Assembly (NCBI GenBank): GCA_031409655.1
Contig: JANNXQ010000259.1
Span: 25,914-89,913, forward strand
Length of the DNA: 64,000 bases
From: Chthoniobacteraceae bacterium
Lineage (GTDB): Bacteria > Verrucomicrobiota > Verrucomicrobiia > Chthoniobacterales > Chthoniobacteraceae
Reading direction: 5' to 3'
Position 1 is the first letter of the stretch, and every line of letters starts with the position of its first letter. Of the stretch, positions 49,446 to 58,045 are shown piece after piece. Position numbers and translations under genes: made by a program. A model generated the notes under the pieces. The model saw only the letters and a program-made list of their open reading frames with translations. It was not told the DNA's origin and ran no database searches.

Positions 49446-51020
49446 ATGAAAATCCCCCTTCTCACGCTCGGTCTCAGCTTCATTGCCATGCTTCCCATTC
49501 GAGCGGCGGATTTCGATCTGATCATCCGCAATGGCCAGGTCATCGATGGCTCGGGTAGTCCGGCCGTTCGTGGCGATGTCGCCATCAGTCGTGGACGAGT
49601 CGCGGCAGTCGGAAAGGTCAGCGGTTCTGCGACTGCGGAGATCGATGCCGCGGGCCTCGTGGTCGCTCCGGGCTTTATCGACGTGCATACGCACGCGGAG
49701 GATTTGGAAAAGGCGCCGCGGGGGGAAAACTTTGTCCGCATGGGCGTGACCAGCATCGTGCTGGGGAACTGCGGCATGTCGAAAGTGAACCTCGGCGAGT
49801 TTTTTCAGCAGCTCGAAGCGATGACCTTCACGCCGAATGTCGCCTCGCTCATCGGTCACGGCGATGTGCGTTCTCGCGCGATGGGCGGATCATTTTCCCG
49901 TCCGCCCACTGATGCGGAAGTCGCCACGATGGCCACCCTCGTGGAGCAGGCGATGCGCGATGGCGCGGTGGGCATGTCCACCGGCCTCATTTATCTGCCT
50001 GGCACTTTCGCCACGACGGACGAACTGGTCGCACTCGCGAAGATCGCCGCCGCGCATGGTGGCATCTACGCCAGCCATATGCGGAATGAAGGGAATTTGA
50101 TCCGCTCGGCGCTTGACGAACTCTTCCACATCGCGCGCGCGACCGGCATCCGCGCGGAAGTTTCGCACCTGAAGATTTCGAGCAAGAAAATGTGGGGACA
50201 GGCGGATCAAGTGCTGGCGGCGCTCGACAAGGCCCGCGCGGAAGGGCTCCGCATCACCCACGATCAATACGTCTATCCCGCATCGAGCACCGGCCTCAGC
50301 CAGATGATCCCGGACGAAGCGCGCGAGGGCGGGATGGAAAAATACCGGGAGCGGCTGACGGACCCGGCGCAGAAAGCAGGCATCGTCGCCGAGATGAAGA
50401 AAAAACTGAGCGCCAGCACGCGGACGAACTACGACTACGTGATCGTGGCGTCTTGCAAACAGGATCGCTCGCTCGAAGGCCTGAGCATTCCCGCCGTCGC
50501 CAGGAAGCTGCGCGGGAGCGACGACGTGGATGCCCAGATCGAGTGCATCCTCGATCTGCATCTGCGCGGTGGCGCGAGCGCCGTTTATTTCAGCATGGAT
50601 GAGCGCGACCTCGAGCAATTCCTGCGGGACCCGCATACCATGTTTGCCTCGGACAGCGGCGTGCGCATTCCCGGCGAAGGCCTCCCGCATCCGCGCGGCA
50701 ATGGCAACAATGCGCGCGTCCTCGCCAGCTACGTCCGCGAGAAAAATCTCCTCCCGCTGGAAGAGGCGATCCGCAAAATGACATCGCTTCCGGCCTCCAC
50801 TTTTGCGCTCAAAGATCGCGGCGTCGTGCGTGCCGGAGCCTGGGCCGATCTCGTCATTTTCGATCCCGCGAAAGTGCAGGACCACGCGACCTTCACCGAC
50901 CCGCACCACTTCGCCACCGGCTTTGCCCACGTCTTCGTCAATGGCATCGGAGTCGTGAAAGTCGATGCGCACACCGAGGCCCGGCCCGGCGTGATCCTCC
51001 GGCACCAATCGCGAAAGTGA
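49446..51020 (+). CDS. N-acyl-D-amino acid deacylase (D-aminoacylase) family amidohydrolase
   Basis: Signal-like N-terminus; APGFIDVHTH, GNCG, GMSTGLIYLPG, SHMRNEG, SHLK, ASD, PHPR. Confidence 0.9.
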   Translation: MKIPLLTLGLSFIAMLPIRAADFDLIIRNGQVIDGSGSPAVRGDVAISRGRVAAVGKVSGSATAEIDAAGLVVAPGFIDVHTHAEDLEKAPRGENFVRMGVTSIVLGNCGMSKVNLGEFFQQLEAMTFTPNVASLIGHGDVRSRAMGGSFSRPPTDAEVATMATLVEQAMRDGAVGMSTGLIYLPGTFATTDELVALAKIAAAHGGIYASHMRNEGNLIRSALDELFHIARATGIRAEVSHLKISSKKMWGQADQVLAALDKARAEGLRITHDQYVYPASSTGLSQMIPDEAREGGMEKYRERLTDPAQKAGIVAEMKKKLSASTRTNYDYVIVASCKQDRSLEGLSIPAVARKLRGSDDVDAQIECILDLHLRGGASAVYFSMDERDLEQFLRDPHTMFASDSGVRIPGEGLPHPRGNGNNARVLASYVREKNLLPLEEAIRKMTSLPASTFALKDRGVVRAGAWADLVIFDPAKVQDHATFTDPHHFATGFAHVFVNGIGVVKVDAHTEARPGVILRHQSRK

Positions 51021-51075
51021 GCGCGCCAACTCGCGCGTTGTGCGGCCCCGGCGCGGCTCGTCAGAATCCTGCCCC

Positions 51076-52260
51076 ATGAAATACCGCCGCTTCGGTCGCA
51101 CAAATCTCCAGATGCCCGTCTTCTCCTGTGGCGGCATGCGCTATCAGCAGAGCTGGAACGACGTGCCGCCGGAGGACGTCGAGGAGGCCGGACAGCGCAA
51201 TCTCGAAGCCACCGTCCTGCGCGCGCTGGAACTCGGGATCAATCACATCGAGACCGCGCGCGGCTACGGATCGAGCGAGATGCAGCTCGGCTGGATTTTG
51301 CCGCGGCTGCCGCGCGAGAAGATGATCGTGCAGACGAAAGTCGCGCCCTTCGCGACCGCGAAGGAGTTTCGCGAAACCTTCGAAACCTCGATGCGCTACC
51401 TGAAGCTCGAGCACGTCGATCTTCTCACGCTCCACGGTGTCAATGACGCCGAGCTGCTCGACTGGTCGCTGCGCAAAGGAGGCTGTCTCGATGCCGCCCG
51501 CGAATTGCAGCGCGAGGGTCGGTGCCGCTTTATCGGCTTCACCACGCACGCCACCACGGACCTAATCCTGCGCGCCATCGAGAGCGACGGGTTCGATTAC
51601 GTGAACCTGCACTGGTACTTCGTGAATGATTATAACTGGTCCGCCGTCGAGGCCGCAGCCGCGCGCGACATGGGCGTCTTCATTATCAGCCCAAGCGACA
51701 AAGGAGGGATGCTTTTCAATCCGCCGCCGAAGCTCGTGGATCTCTGCGCGCCGCTCACGCCGATGGCCTTTAACGATCTCTACTGCCTCGCTCGTCCGCA
51801 GGTCCACACGCTCAGCATCGGCGCGGCGCGGCCCAGCGACTTCGACGCCCACATCGCCGCGCTCGCCGACTACGACAGGGCCGCCGAGGTCGTCGCGCCG
51901 ATCGCGCAGCGTCTCCGCGCCGAACTCGACCGCGTGCATGGTGCCGACTGGTGCGCGCGCTGGATGCAGGGCCTGCCGAACTATGTGGACGTCCCCGGCG
52001 AGGTGAACGTGCAGGAGATCGTCCGCCTCTGGCATTTCGCCAAAGGACTCGAACTCAAAGACTGGGGGCGCATGCGTTACAACCTCATGGGCAACGCCGG
52101 CCATTGGTTCCCCGGCGCAAACGCCGCGACCTTCGAAGAGAAGAAAGTCCGCGCTGCGCTCGGCGACTACGAATTCGCCGAGCGAATTCCCGCGATCCTG
52201 CGCGAAGCGCACGCCACACTTTGGGACAAGCCCGTGAAGCGGCTCAGCCAGAGCGATTGA
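51076..52260 (+). CDS. Aldo/keto reductase family oxidoreductase
   Basis: MKYRRFGRT, GINHIETARGYGSSE, VQTK, VDLLTLHG, FIGFTTH, IISPSDKGG. Confidence 0.9.
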   Translation: MKYRRFGRTNLQMPVFSCGGMRYQQSWNDVPPEDVEEAGQRNLEATVLRALELGINHIETARGYGSSEMQLGWILPRLPREKMIVQTKVAPFATAKEFRETFETSMRYLKLEHVDLLTLHGVNDAELLDWSLRKGGCLDAARELQREGRCRFIGFTTHATTDLILRAIESDGFDYVNLHWYFVNDYNWSAVEAAAARDMGVFIISPSDKGGMLFNPPPKLVDLCAPLTPMAFNDLYCLARPQVHTLSIGAARPSDFDAHIAALADYDRAAEVVAPIAQRLRAELDRVHGADWCARWMQGLPNYVDVPGEVNVQEIVRLWHFAKGLELKDWGRMRYNLMGNAGHWFPGANAATFEEKKVRAALGDYEFAERIPAILREAHATLWDKPVKRLSQSD

Positions 52261-52270
52261 CGTCTTTCGC

Positions 52271-53857
52271 TTACTCCGGCGTCACGTAGAGGGCGCTGAA
52301 GCGGATCCTGGTATTCTGCTCGCCGACGAAAGTTCCTTTGATGCGGAAGCGCGGCGGCAGATTTGTGAGTACGGCATTTCCGTTCCACGCGATCGGCGTC
52401 TGGAAACCGTTTGTTCTCACGACCGCCGCATCCTCGCCTGAGAATCCGGCGAGCGGCTTTTCCAGCTCATCGAGTAGCTCAATCTTCAGCGCCGACTCGG
52501 CCCCGAGGCCATCCGCGTTGAGGAAAAACCGCTGCGCCGTCCCGGCCTTCGCGACCACGCTCGCGGTGATGAACTCACTCGTGATCGCCGGCAACTGATA
52601 GTCCCCCGGCCCCTTGCCCGCCTCCTCCACGACGAGGTCCCCGAAACGATCCCGCGGGACCGTGGCGATTCCCACTCCGCCGCGCGCCACATTGCTCGTC
52701 CGATCCCGCGGATCCCACGCGCCGTAATAGATGAGCGTCTCGTCGCCCACATTTTCAAAGCCTTGCCCTTGGAGCAACCCGCCCTGATCCCAGGCGCCAT
52801 CTTCACCACGGCGGAGGAAGGTCCACTCGTGCGCTGGCTCACGAAAGTTGAGGCCGTCGTTGCTGACCACAAAGCCGAGATCCACGGTGATGTCCTTCCA
52901 TTCCTTCGCGCCGTGCCACTGCCCGTAGAGCCCGAGCAGAATATTGCGTCGATTCCACACGCTGATCCCCTCGTGGCATTGCTCGCCTTCCAGACTTCGG
53001 CCCGCGCCGAGCGGCGTGTGCTGGACCGCGCGGACAAACCCGAGGCTGCTCGTCTGCGACCAATGCACAAAGTCCGCCGACCGATACATCCGCGTCACCC
53101 GACCCTGGTAGGGGCGCGTCGCATTCAGCGCATTCTGCCCGCAGAGATAGAACATGCCATCCCACTGATACAGACCGCCGCACGGCTCAAAGTGAATCGC
53201 CGGCAGCACCAGATCCTGCGCCCGCAGTTCCGCCTTCAGCGGCTTTGCGTCGGTCAGCAGTTTCCAGTGCAGACCATCCGCGCTGGCAAAGGGCGCCAGC
53301 GTTCCGAGCCGCCGCTGTTGGCGAAAATAGACGTGCGTCGAAATCTTATAGCGGCGCGCAGGATCAGGATCAGCGTCATCGCGCAGCACTTTCAGATTCA
53401 CAAAACCCAGCGGCCCCGGCTCCGTCAGGATGAGATTGTTCTCCTTGTTCCCGCCGAATTCCACCAGCCCGAGGCGCGGCTTGCGCCAGTGGACGCCATC
53501 GTCGCTCTCCGCGTAAGCCGCGCGCCAGCGGGCGGACGCCACCTTGTTCCCCACGTCGTCATCGAAGGCCACGTACCACAGGCGAAATTTTTCCCCTTCC
53601 CGAATCACCGACCCATAGAACTGCACCCCCAGCGCATCCGGCGTGCCCTTTTCGCCGAGCGGCACCACCGGATTCGCGGGATGCCGGCGCGGCGCCCGCA
53701 TTTCGAGCCGCAGATTCTGCGTGAAAGGAATCGTGACCGAATCGAAGGCAAAGACGGTCGTGGCTCGCTGTTCGTCGAAGAGTTCCGCTGCGCTTGCGCG
53801 GGTCAGCAGCGAGAGAACGCAGGCGAGGAGAAGGGCGGGGCGGGAGAGGGAAGGCAT
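52271..53857 (-). CDS. Secreted five-bladed beta-propeller protein (GH32/GH43/GH130-like fold), function unknown
   Basis: Signal peptide; NPVV, YGSVI...FRLWY, Asp-box-like AESDDGVHW / ASADGLHW / SADFVHW / SNDGLNF, RDRF. Confidence 0.7.
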   Translation of the reverse strand: MPSLSRPALLLACVLSLLTRASAAELFDEQRATTVFAFDSVTIPFTQNLRLEMRAPRRHPANPVVPLGEKGTPDALGVQFYGSVIREGEKFRLWYVAFDDDVGNKVASARWRAAYAESDDGVHWRKPRLGLVEFGGNKENNLILTEPGPLGFVNLKVLRDDADPDPARRYKISTHVYFRQQRRLGTLAPFASADGLHWKLLTDAKPLKAELRAQDLVLPAIHFEPCGGLYQWDGMFYLCGQNALNATRPYQGRVTRMYRSADFVHWSQTSSLGFVRAVQHTPLGAGRSLEGEQCHEGISVWNRRNILLGLYGQWHGAKEWKDITVDLGFVVSNDGLNFREPAHEWTFLRRGEDGAWDQGGLLQGQGFENVGDETLIYYGAWDPRDRTSNVARGGVGIATVPRDRFGDLVVEEAGKGPGDYQLPAITSEFITASVVAKAGTAQRFFLNADGLGAESALKIELLDELEKPLAGFSGEDAAVVRTNGFQTPIAWNGNAVLTNLPPRFRIKGTFVGEQNTRIRFSALYVTPE

Positions 53858-53928
53858 GACGAAACGGTTCTCCTTGGCGAAGGCCGGCGCGCGGACTTCG
53901 TTAGCCATTTTTTCCGAGAGGATGCGGC

Positions 53929-55182
53929 TCAGCCCACAAATTCCCGCAGCGCGAGCGTCGCGTTGTGACCGCCGAATCCGAAGCTGTTGTTCAGGGCCAC
54001 GCGCACCTTCTTCTCGCGGGCGGTGTGCGGGACGAAGTCGAGGTCGCACTCTTCGCCGGGGTTATCGAGATTGATCGTCGGCGGGATGATGCCGGTCTCG
54101 ATCGCCTTTACGCAGACGGCGGTCTCCACCGCACCAGCGGCGCCGAGCAGGTGGCCCGTCATGGATTTCGTGGAGCTGACGAGCAGCCCGGAGCGGGCGT
54201 GTTCGCCGAAGACGGCTTTGACCGCGCGCACTTCGGCCACGTCGCCCATGGGCGTGCTGGTGCCGTGCGCATTCACGTAGTCCACGTCGCTCGCATTGAG
54301 CCCCGCCTTTTTCAAAGCGATGCGCATGGAACGCTGGGCCTGCTCGTGATTCGGCAGCGGCGCGCTCATGTGGAAGGCATCGGAGGTGACGCCGTAGCCT
54401 ACGATCTCCGCGTAGATGCGAGCGCCGCGAGCCCTGGCGTGTTCGAGCGATTCGAGCACGACGACGCCGGCACCTTCGCCCATCACAAAGCCGTCGCGAT
54501 CTTTGTCCCACGGACGCGACGCCCTGGTCGGATCGTCATTGCGCGTGGAGAGCGCCTTCATCGCCGCGAAGCCGCCGATGCCGAGCGGGACGATCGCCGC
54601 CTCGGAGCCGCCCGCGAGAAAGGCGTCGGCGTCATCTTCCCGAATCATCCGCCAGGCCTCACCGATCGCATGGGCGCTGGTGGCGCAGGCGGAGACCGGG
54701 GCGAAGTTTGGCCCCTGCACGCCGTACTCCATGGAGACGATGCCGCTGGCCATGTTGCTGATCAGCATCGGGATCATGAAGGGCGAGATCCGGCTCGGGC
54801 CTTTGGTCATCAGGACGGTGTGCTGATCTTCGGTCGTCTTCAGGCCGCCGATGCCGCTCCCGATGACACAGCCAAAGCGCTCGGGATCGCCCACCGGCCC
54901 GCTCAAGCCCGCGTCGGCCATGGCGCTCTTCGCCGCGGCCACGGCGAGGTGGGTGAAACGGTCGGTGCGGTTCACGTCCTTGGGCGTCTTGAAATGCTCG
55001 ACGGCCGTGAAACCGCGCACTTCGCCCGCGATCCGGCAGCGGTAGTCGGTGACATCAAAGTGGGTGATGGGACCGATGCCGCTCACGCCGTGCGTGAGAT
55101 GGTGCCAGAAGGTCGGAAGATCCGAACCGACGGGCGAGACGATGCCCATGCCCGTGATGACGACTCTGCGCTGGTGACTCAT
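53929..55182 (-). CDS. fabF: Beta-ketoacyl-ACP synthase II
   Basis: [15 protein letters not shown] (catalytic Cys), [43 protein letters not shown]. Confidence 0.97.
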   Translation of the reverse strand: MSHQRRVVITGMGIVSPVGSDLPTFWHHLTHGVSGIGPITHFDVTDYRCRIAGEVRGFTAVEHFKTPKDVNRTDRFTHLAVAAAKSAMADAGLSGPVGDPERFGCVIGSGIGGLKTTEDQHTVLMTKGPSRISPFMIPMLISNMASGIVSMEYGVQGPNFAPVSACATSAHAIGEAWRMIREDDADAFLAGGSEAAIVPLGIGGFAAMKALSTRNDDPTRASRPWDKDRDGFVMGEGAGVVVLESLEHARARGARIYAEIVGYGVTSDAFHMSAPLPNHEQAQRSMRIALKKAGLNASDVDYVNAHGTSTPMGDVAEVRAVKAVFGEHARSGLLVSSTKSMTGHLLGAAGAVETAVCVKAIETGIIPPTINLDNPGEECDLDFVPHTAREKKVRVALNNSFGFGGHNATLALREFVG

Positions 55183-55255
55183 AGGGCGGAGAAAGTGAGG
55201 GGCAAGCCTATGGGGAGCAAATGGAAACTGCGCGGGCTGCTGGGGGTGTCATTCT

Positions 55256-55380
55256 GAGTTTGGCGTTTGGCGTTTGAAGTTTGAAGTTTGGCGTTGCTGA
55301 CGCCCGTGGCACGGGTGTGCTTTCCGAAGCGCTAAACGCCAAACTTCAAACGCTAAACGCCAAACGCTAAACGCCGAACT
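55256..55380. repeat. Heptamer tandem-repeat hairpin, (GTTTGGC/GTTTGAA)n ... (AAACGCY/AAACTTC)n, between divergent genes
   Basis: GAGTTTGGCGTTTGGCGTTTGAAGTTTGAAGTTTGGCGTT ... GCTAAACGCCAAACTTCAAACGCTAAACGCCAAACGCTAAACGCCGAACT. Confidence 0.88.
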
Positions 55381-55416
55381 CGGCCATTGCGCAGGGTCTT
55401 CTCCTCATCCGCCATC

Positions 55417-56442
55417 ATGAAACTCAGCGAAAATATTGCCGACCTCGAGGACCAGCTCAGCGCGCCGACCGAGGGCGCCATCGAGACGCTGCGGGCGATC
55501 GGCGGCGACGTGCTCATCCTTGGCGCTGGCGGGAAGATGGGGCCGACCCTGGCGCGGATGGTCCGGCGGGCCGCGGATCAGCTCGGGCAAAGCCGCCGCG
55601 TGATCGCGGTGTCGCGCTTTTCCAAGGCCAGTGCCGTGGCGGAGTTGAACCGGCACGGTGTCGAGACCATCGCGTGTGACCTGACGGATCGCGCGGCGGT
55701 GGCGCGGCTGCCCGATGCGCCGAATGTCCTCTTCCTGGCCGGACAAAAGTTTGGCACCGCCGACGCGCCGGAACTCACCTGGGTAATGAATACGCTCGTC
55801 CCCGCGGTCGTCGCCGAGCGGTATGCGCGTTCACGGATCGTCGTTTTCTCCACCGGCTGCGTGTATCCGCTGGTGCCGGTGGAAGGTGGCGGCGCGCGCG
55901 AGGGTGATCCGCTCGGCGTGCTCGGCGAATACGCGGCCTCGTGCGTCGGACGGGAGCGCATCTTCACCCATTTCTCCGCGCAAAATGCGACGCCGGTGCT
56001 GCTCTTCCGGCTCAGCTATGCCATCGATCTGCGCTACGGCGTGCTCCTCGACGTGGCGCGCAAAGTCGCCGCCGGCGAGCCCATCGATGTGACCATGGGC
56101 TGGGCGAATGTGATCTGGCAGGGCGATGCGAACGCCCGCGCGATTCAGTCGCTCGCGCTCACCGCCACCCCGCCGTGCCCGCTCAATGTCACGGGGCTGG
56201 AAAGGGTTTCCACCCGCGAACTCGCGCACACTTTCGGCCGCCTCCTGGGGCGCGCACCGATCATCGTCGGCGAGGAAGCGCCGACCGCGTGGCTCTTTGA
56301 CGCGACGCGTTCCTTCGAGCACTTCGGCCCCGTGATGGTATCGCTCGGGGAAATGATCGCCGCGACCGCGCACTGGGTAAAGCATGGCGGGGAGACGCTC
56401 GGGAAACCGACACACTTTGAAATCCGCGATGGGGCGTATTGA
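55417..56442 (+). CDS. NAD-dependent epimerase/dehydratase family protein
   Basis: ILGAGGKMG Rossmann motif, LAGQKFG, FSTGCVY, GEYAASCVGRER, NVIWQGDAN. Confidence 0.88.
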   Translation: MKLSENIADLEDQLSAPTEGAIETLRAIGGDVLILGAGGKMGPTLARMVRRAADQLGQSRRVIAVSRFSKASAVAELNRHGVETIACDLTDRAAVARLPDAPNVLFLAGQKFGTADAPELTWVMNTLVPAVVAERYARSRIVVFSTGCVYPLVPVEGGGAREGDPLGVLGEYAASCVGRERIFTHFSAQNATPVLLFRLSYAIDLRYGVLLDVARKVAAGEPIDVTMGWANVIWQGDANARAIQSLALTATPPCPLNVTGLERVSTRELAHTFGRLLGRAPIIVGEEAPTAWLFDATRSFEHFGPVMVSLGEMIAATAHWVKHGGETLGKPTHFEIRDGAY

Positions 56443-56470
56443 ATCCCGCAAGTTCCCGGCACCTTTCCAC

Positions 56471-56938
56471 ATGACCATCCGCCCTTTCCATGTTGCTGAT
56501 CTTCCCACGCTCCTGCGCCTCACCGTCGAGTCGTTTGAGGGCATCGCGATGGATCAGACGATCGAGGAAAAGTTTGGCCTGCTCGCCGAGCACGACTGGC
56601 AGTGGCGGAAGGCGCGGCACATCGAGGAGGACTGCGCGGGAAATCCGGCGGGCGTCTTTGTGGCGGAGGAAGACGGGAAAATCATCGGCTACATCACCAC
56701 GCAGCTCGATCGCGCGGCGGGGAAGGGGCGCATCCCGAACTTCGCCGTGGACGCCGCGGCGCGCGGCCGTGGACTGGGCCGCACTTTGATCGAGCATGCG
56801 CTGGGCTACTTCCGCCGCGAAGGGCTCGCCTATGCGACCATTGAGACGATGACGCACAATCCGATCGGGCAGCATCTGTATCCGGCGTGCGGGTTCGTGG
56901 AGATCGGGCGGCAGATTCACTACGCGCAAAAGTTGTGA
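56471..56938 (+). CDS. GNAT family N-acetyltransferase
   Basis: FVAEEDGKIIGYI, AVDAAARGRGLGRTL, N..GQHLY...GF. Confidence 0.9.
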   Translation: MTIRPFHVADLPTLLRLTVESFEGIAMDQTIEEKFGLLAEHDWQWRKARHIEEDCAGNPAGVFVAEEDGKIIGYITTQLDRAAGKGRIPNFAVDAAARGRGLGRTLIEHALGYFRREGLAYATIETMTHNPIGQHLYPACGFVEIGRQIHYAQKL

Positions 56939-57948
56939 CCGACGAGACGCGCACCCTGCTGCGGCGCGGCGTCGCGATCCCTGCGCACCCGCTCGCGCTG
57001 AATGCCGCGCGGCAGCTCGATGAACGCCGCCAGCGCGCGCTCACCCGTTACTATCTTGCGGCTGGCGTGGGCGGACTGGCGGTCGGCGTGCATACGACGC
57101 AGTTCGCGATTCGCGACGTGGGGCTCTTTGAGCCCGTGCTCGCGCTGGCGTCGGAGGAAATGGATCGCGCCAACCGTCCACTGGTGCGCATCGCGGGAAT
57201 TTGCGGAGCGACGGCGCAGGCGGTGAAAGAGGCGGAGATGATTCGCCGGCTCGGGTATGACGCGGGTCTGCTAAGTCTCGCGGCTTTGCGGGATGTGTCG
57301 GAAGACGCACTCCTCGACCACTGCCGGCGAGTGGCGGCGGTCGTGCCGCTCATCGGCTTCTACCTTCAGCCGGCAGTGGGCGGACGCGTGCTTCCGTATT
57401 CGTTCTGGCGGCGCTTTGCGGAGCTCGAATCCGTGGTGGCGATCAAGATTGCGCCGTTCAATCGCTACCAGACGATCGAGGTCGTGCGCGCCGTGATCGA
57501 CGCGGGCCGCGACGATCTCGCGCTCTACACCGGCAACGACGACAACATCGTCGCCGACCTCACGACGCCGTTTCGGTTCGCCGGGAAAGAGCGCCGGATC
57601 GTCGGTGGCTTGCTCGGGCATTGGTCCGTGTGGACGCGGCGCGCGGTCGAGTTGTTCGAGCGCTGCCGGAGCGAAGCGTCGTCGCCGGAACTACTCCGGC
57701 TTGGCGTCGAGATTACGGACTGCAACGCCGCTTTCTTCGATGCCGAGAATGGCTTCCGCGGCTGCATCGCTGGGCTGCACGAAGTGCTGCGGCGGCAGGG
57801 TTTGCTGGAAGGTGTCTGGTGCCTCGCTCCCGCCGAGTCGCTCAGCCCGGGCCAGTCCGCGGAGATCGACCGCGTTGGCCACGCTTATCCGCACCTGAAC
57901 GACGACGAGTTTGTCGCCGCGCAGCGTGACGAGTGGCTGCGCGGCTGA
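56935..57948 (+). CDS. Dihydrodipicolinate synthase (DHDPS/NAL) family aldolase-like protein
   Basis: GTG overlaps the GNAT stop; IPAHPLAL, AVGVHTTQF, GFYLQPAVGG, AIKIAPF (Schiff-base Lys), YTGNDD. Confidence 0.87.
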   Translation: MTDETRTLLRRGVAIPAHPLALNAARQLDERRQRALTRYYLAAGVGGLAVGVHTTQFAIRDVGLFEPVLALASEEMDRANRPLVRIAGICGATAQAVKEAEMIRRLGYDAGLLSLAALRDVSEDALLDHCRRVAAVVPLIGFYLQPAVGGRVLPYSFWRRFAELESVVAIKIAPFNRYQTIEVVRAVIDAGRDDLALYTGNDDNIVADLTTPFRFAGKERRIVGGLLGHWSVWTRRAVELFERCRSEASSPELLRLGVEITDCNAAFFDAENGFRGCIAGLHEVLRRQGLLEGVWCLAPAESLSPGQSAEIDRVGHAYPHLNDDEFVAAQRDEWLRG

Positions 57949-58045
57949 AGGCGAGCGGATGCTCCCCGGATACTCACCCACTCGCCTTTCGCCATCTCCA
58001 AGGAATAGCCTCCGCGAAGATCGTTCGCCTTGCCCATCAGCCCCA

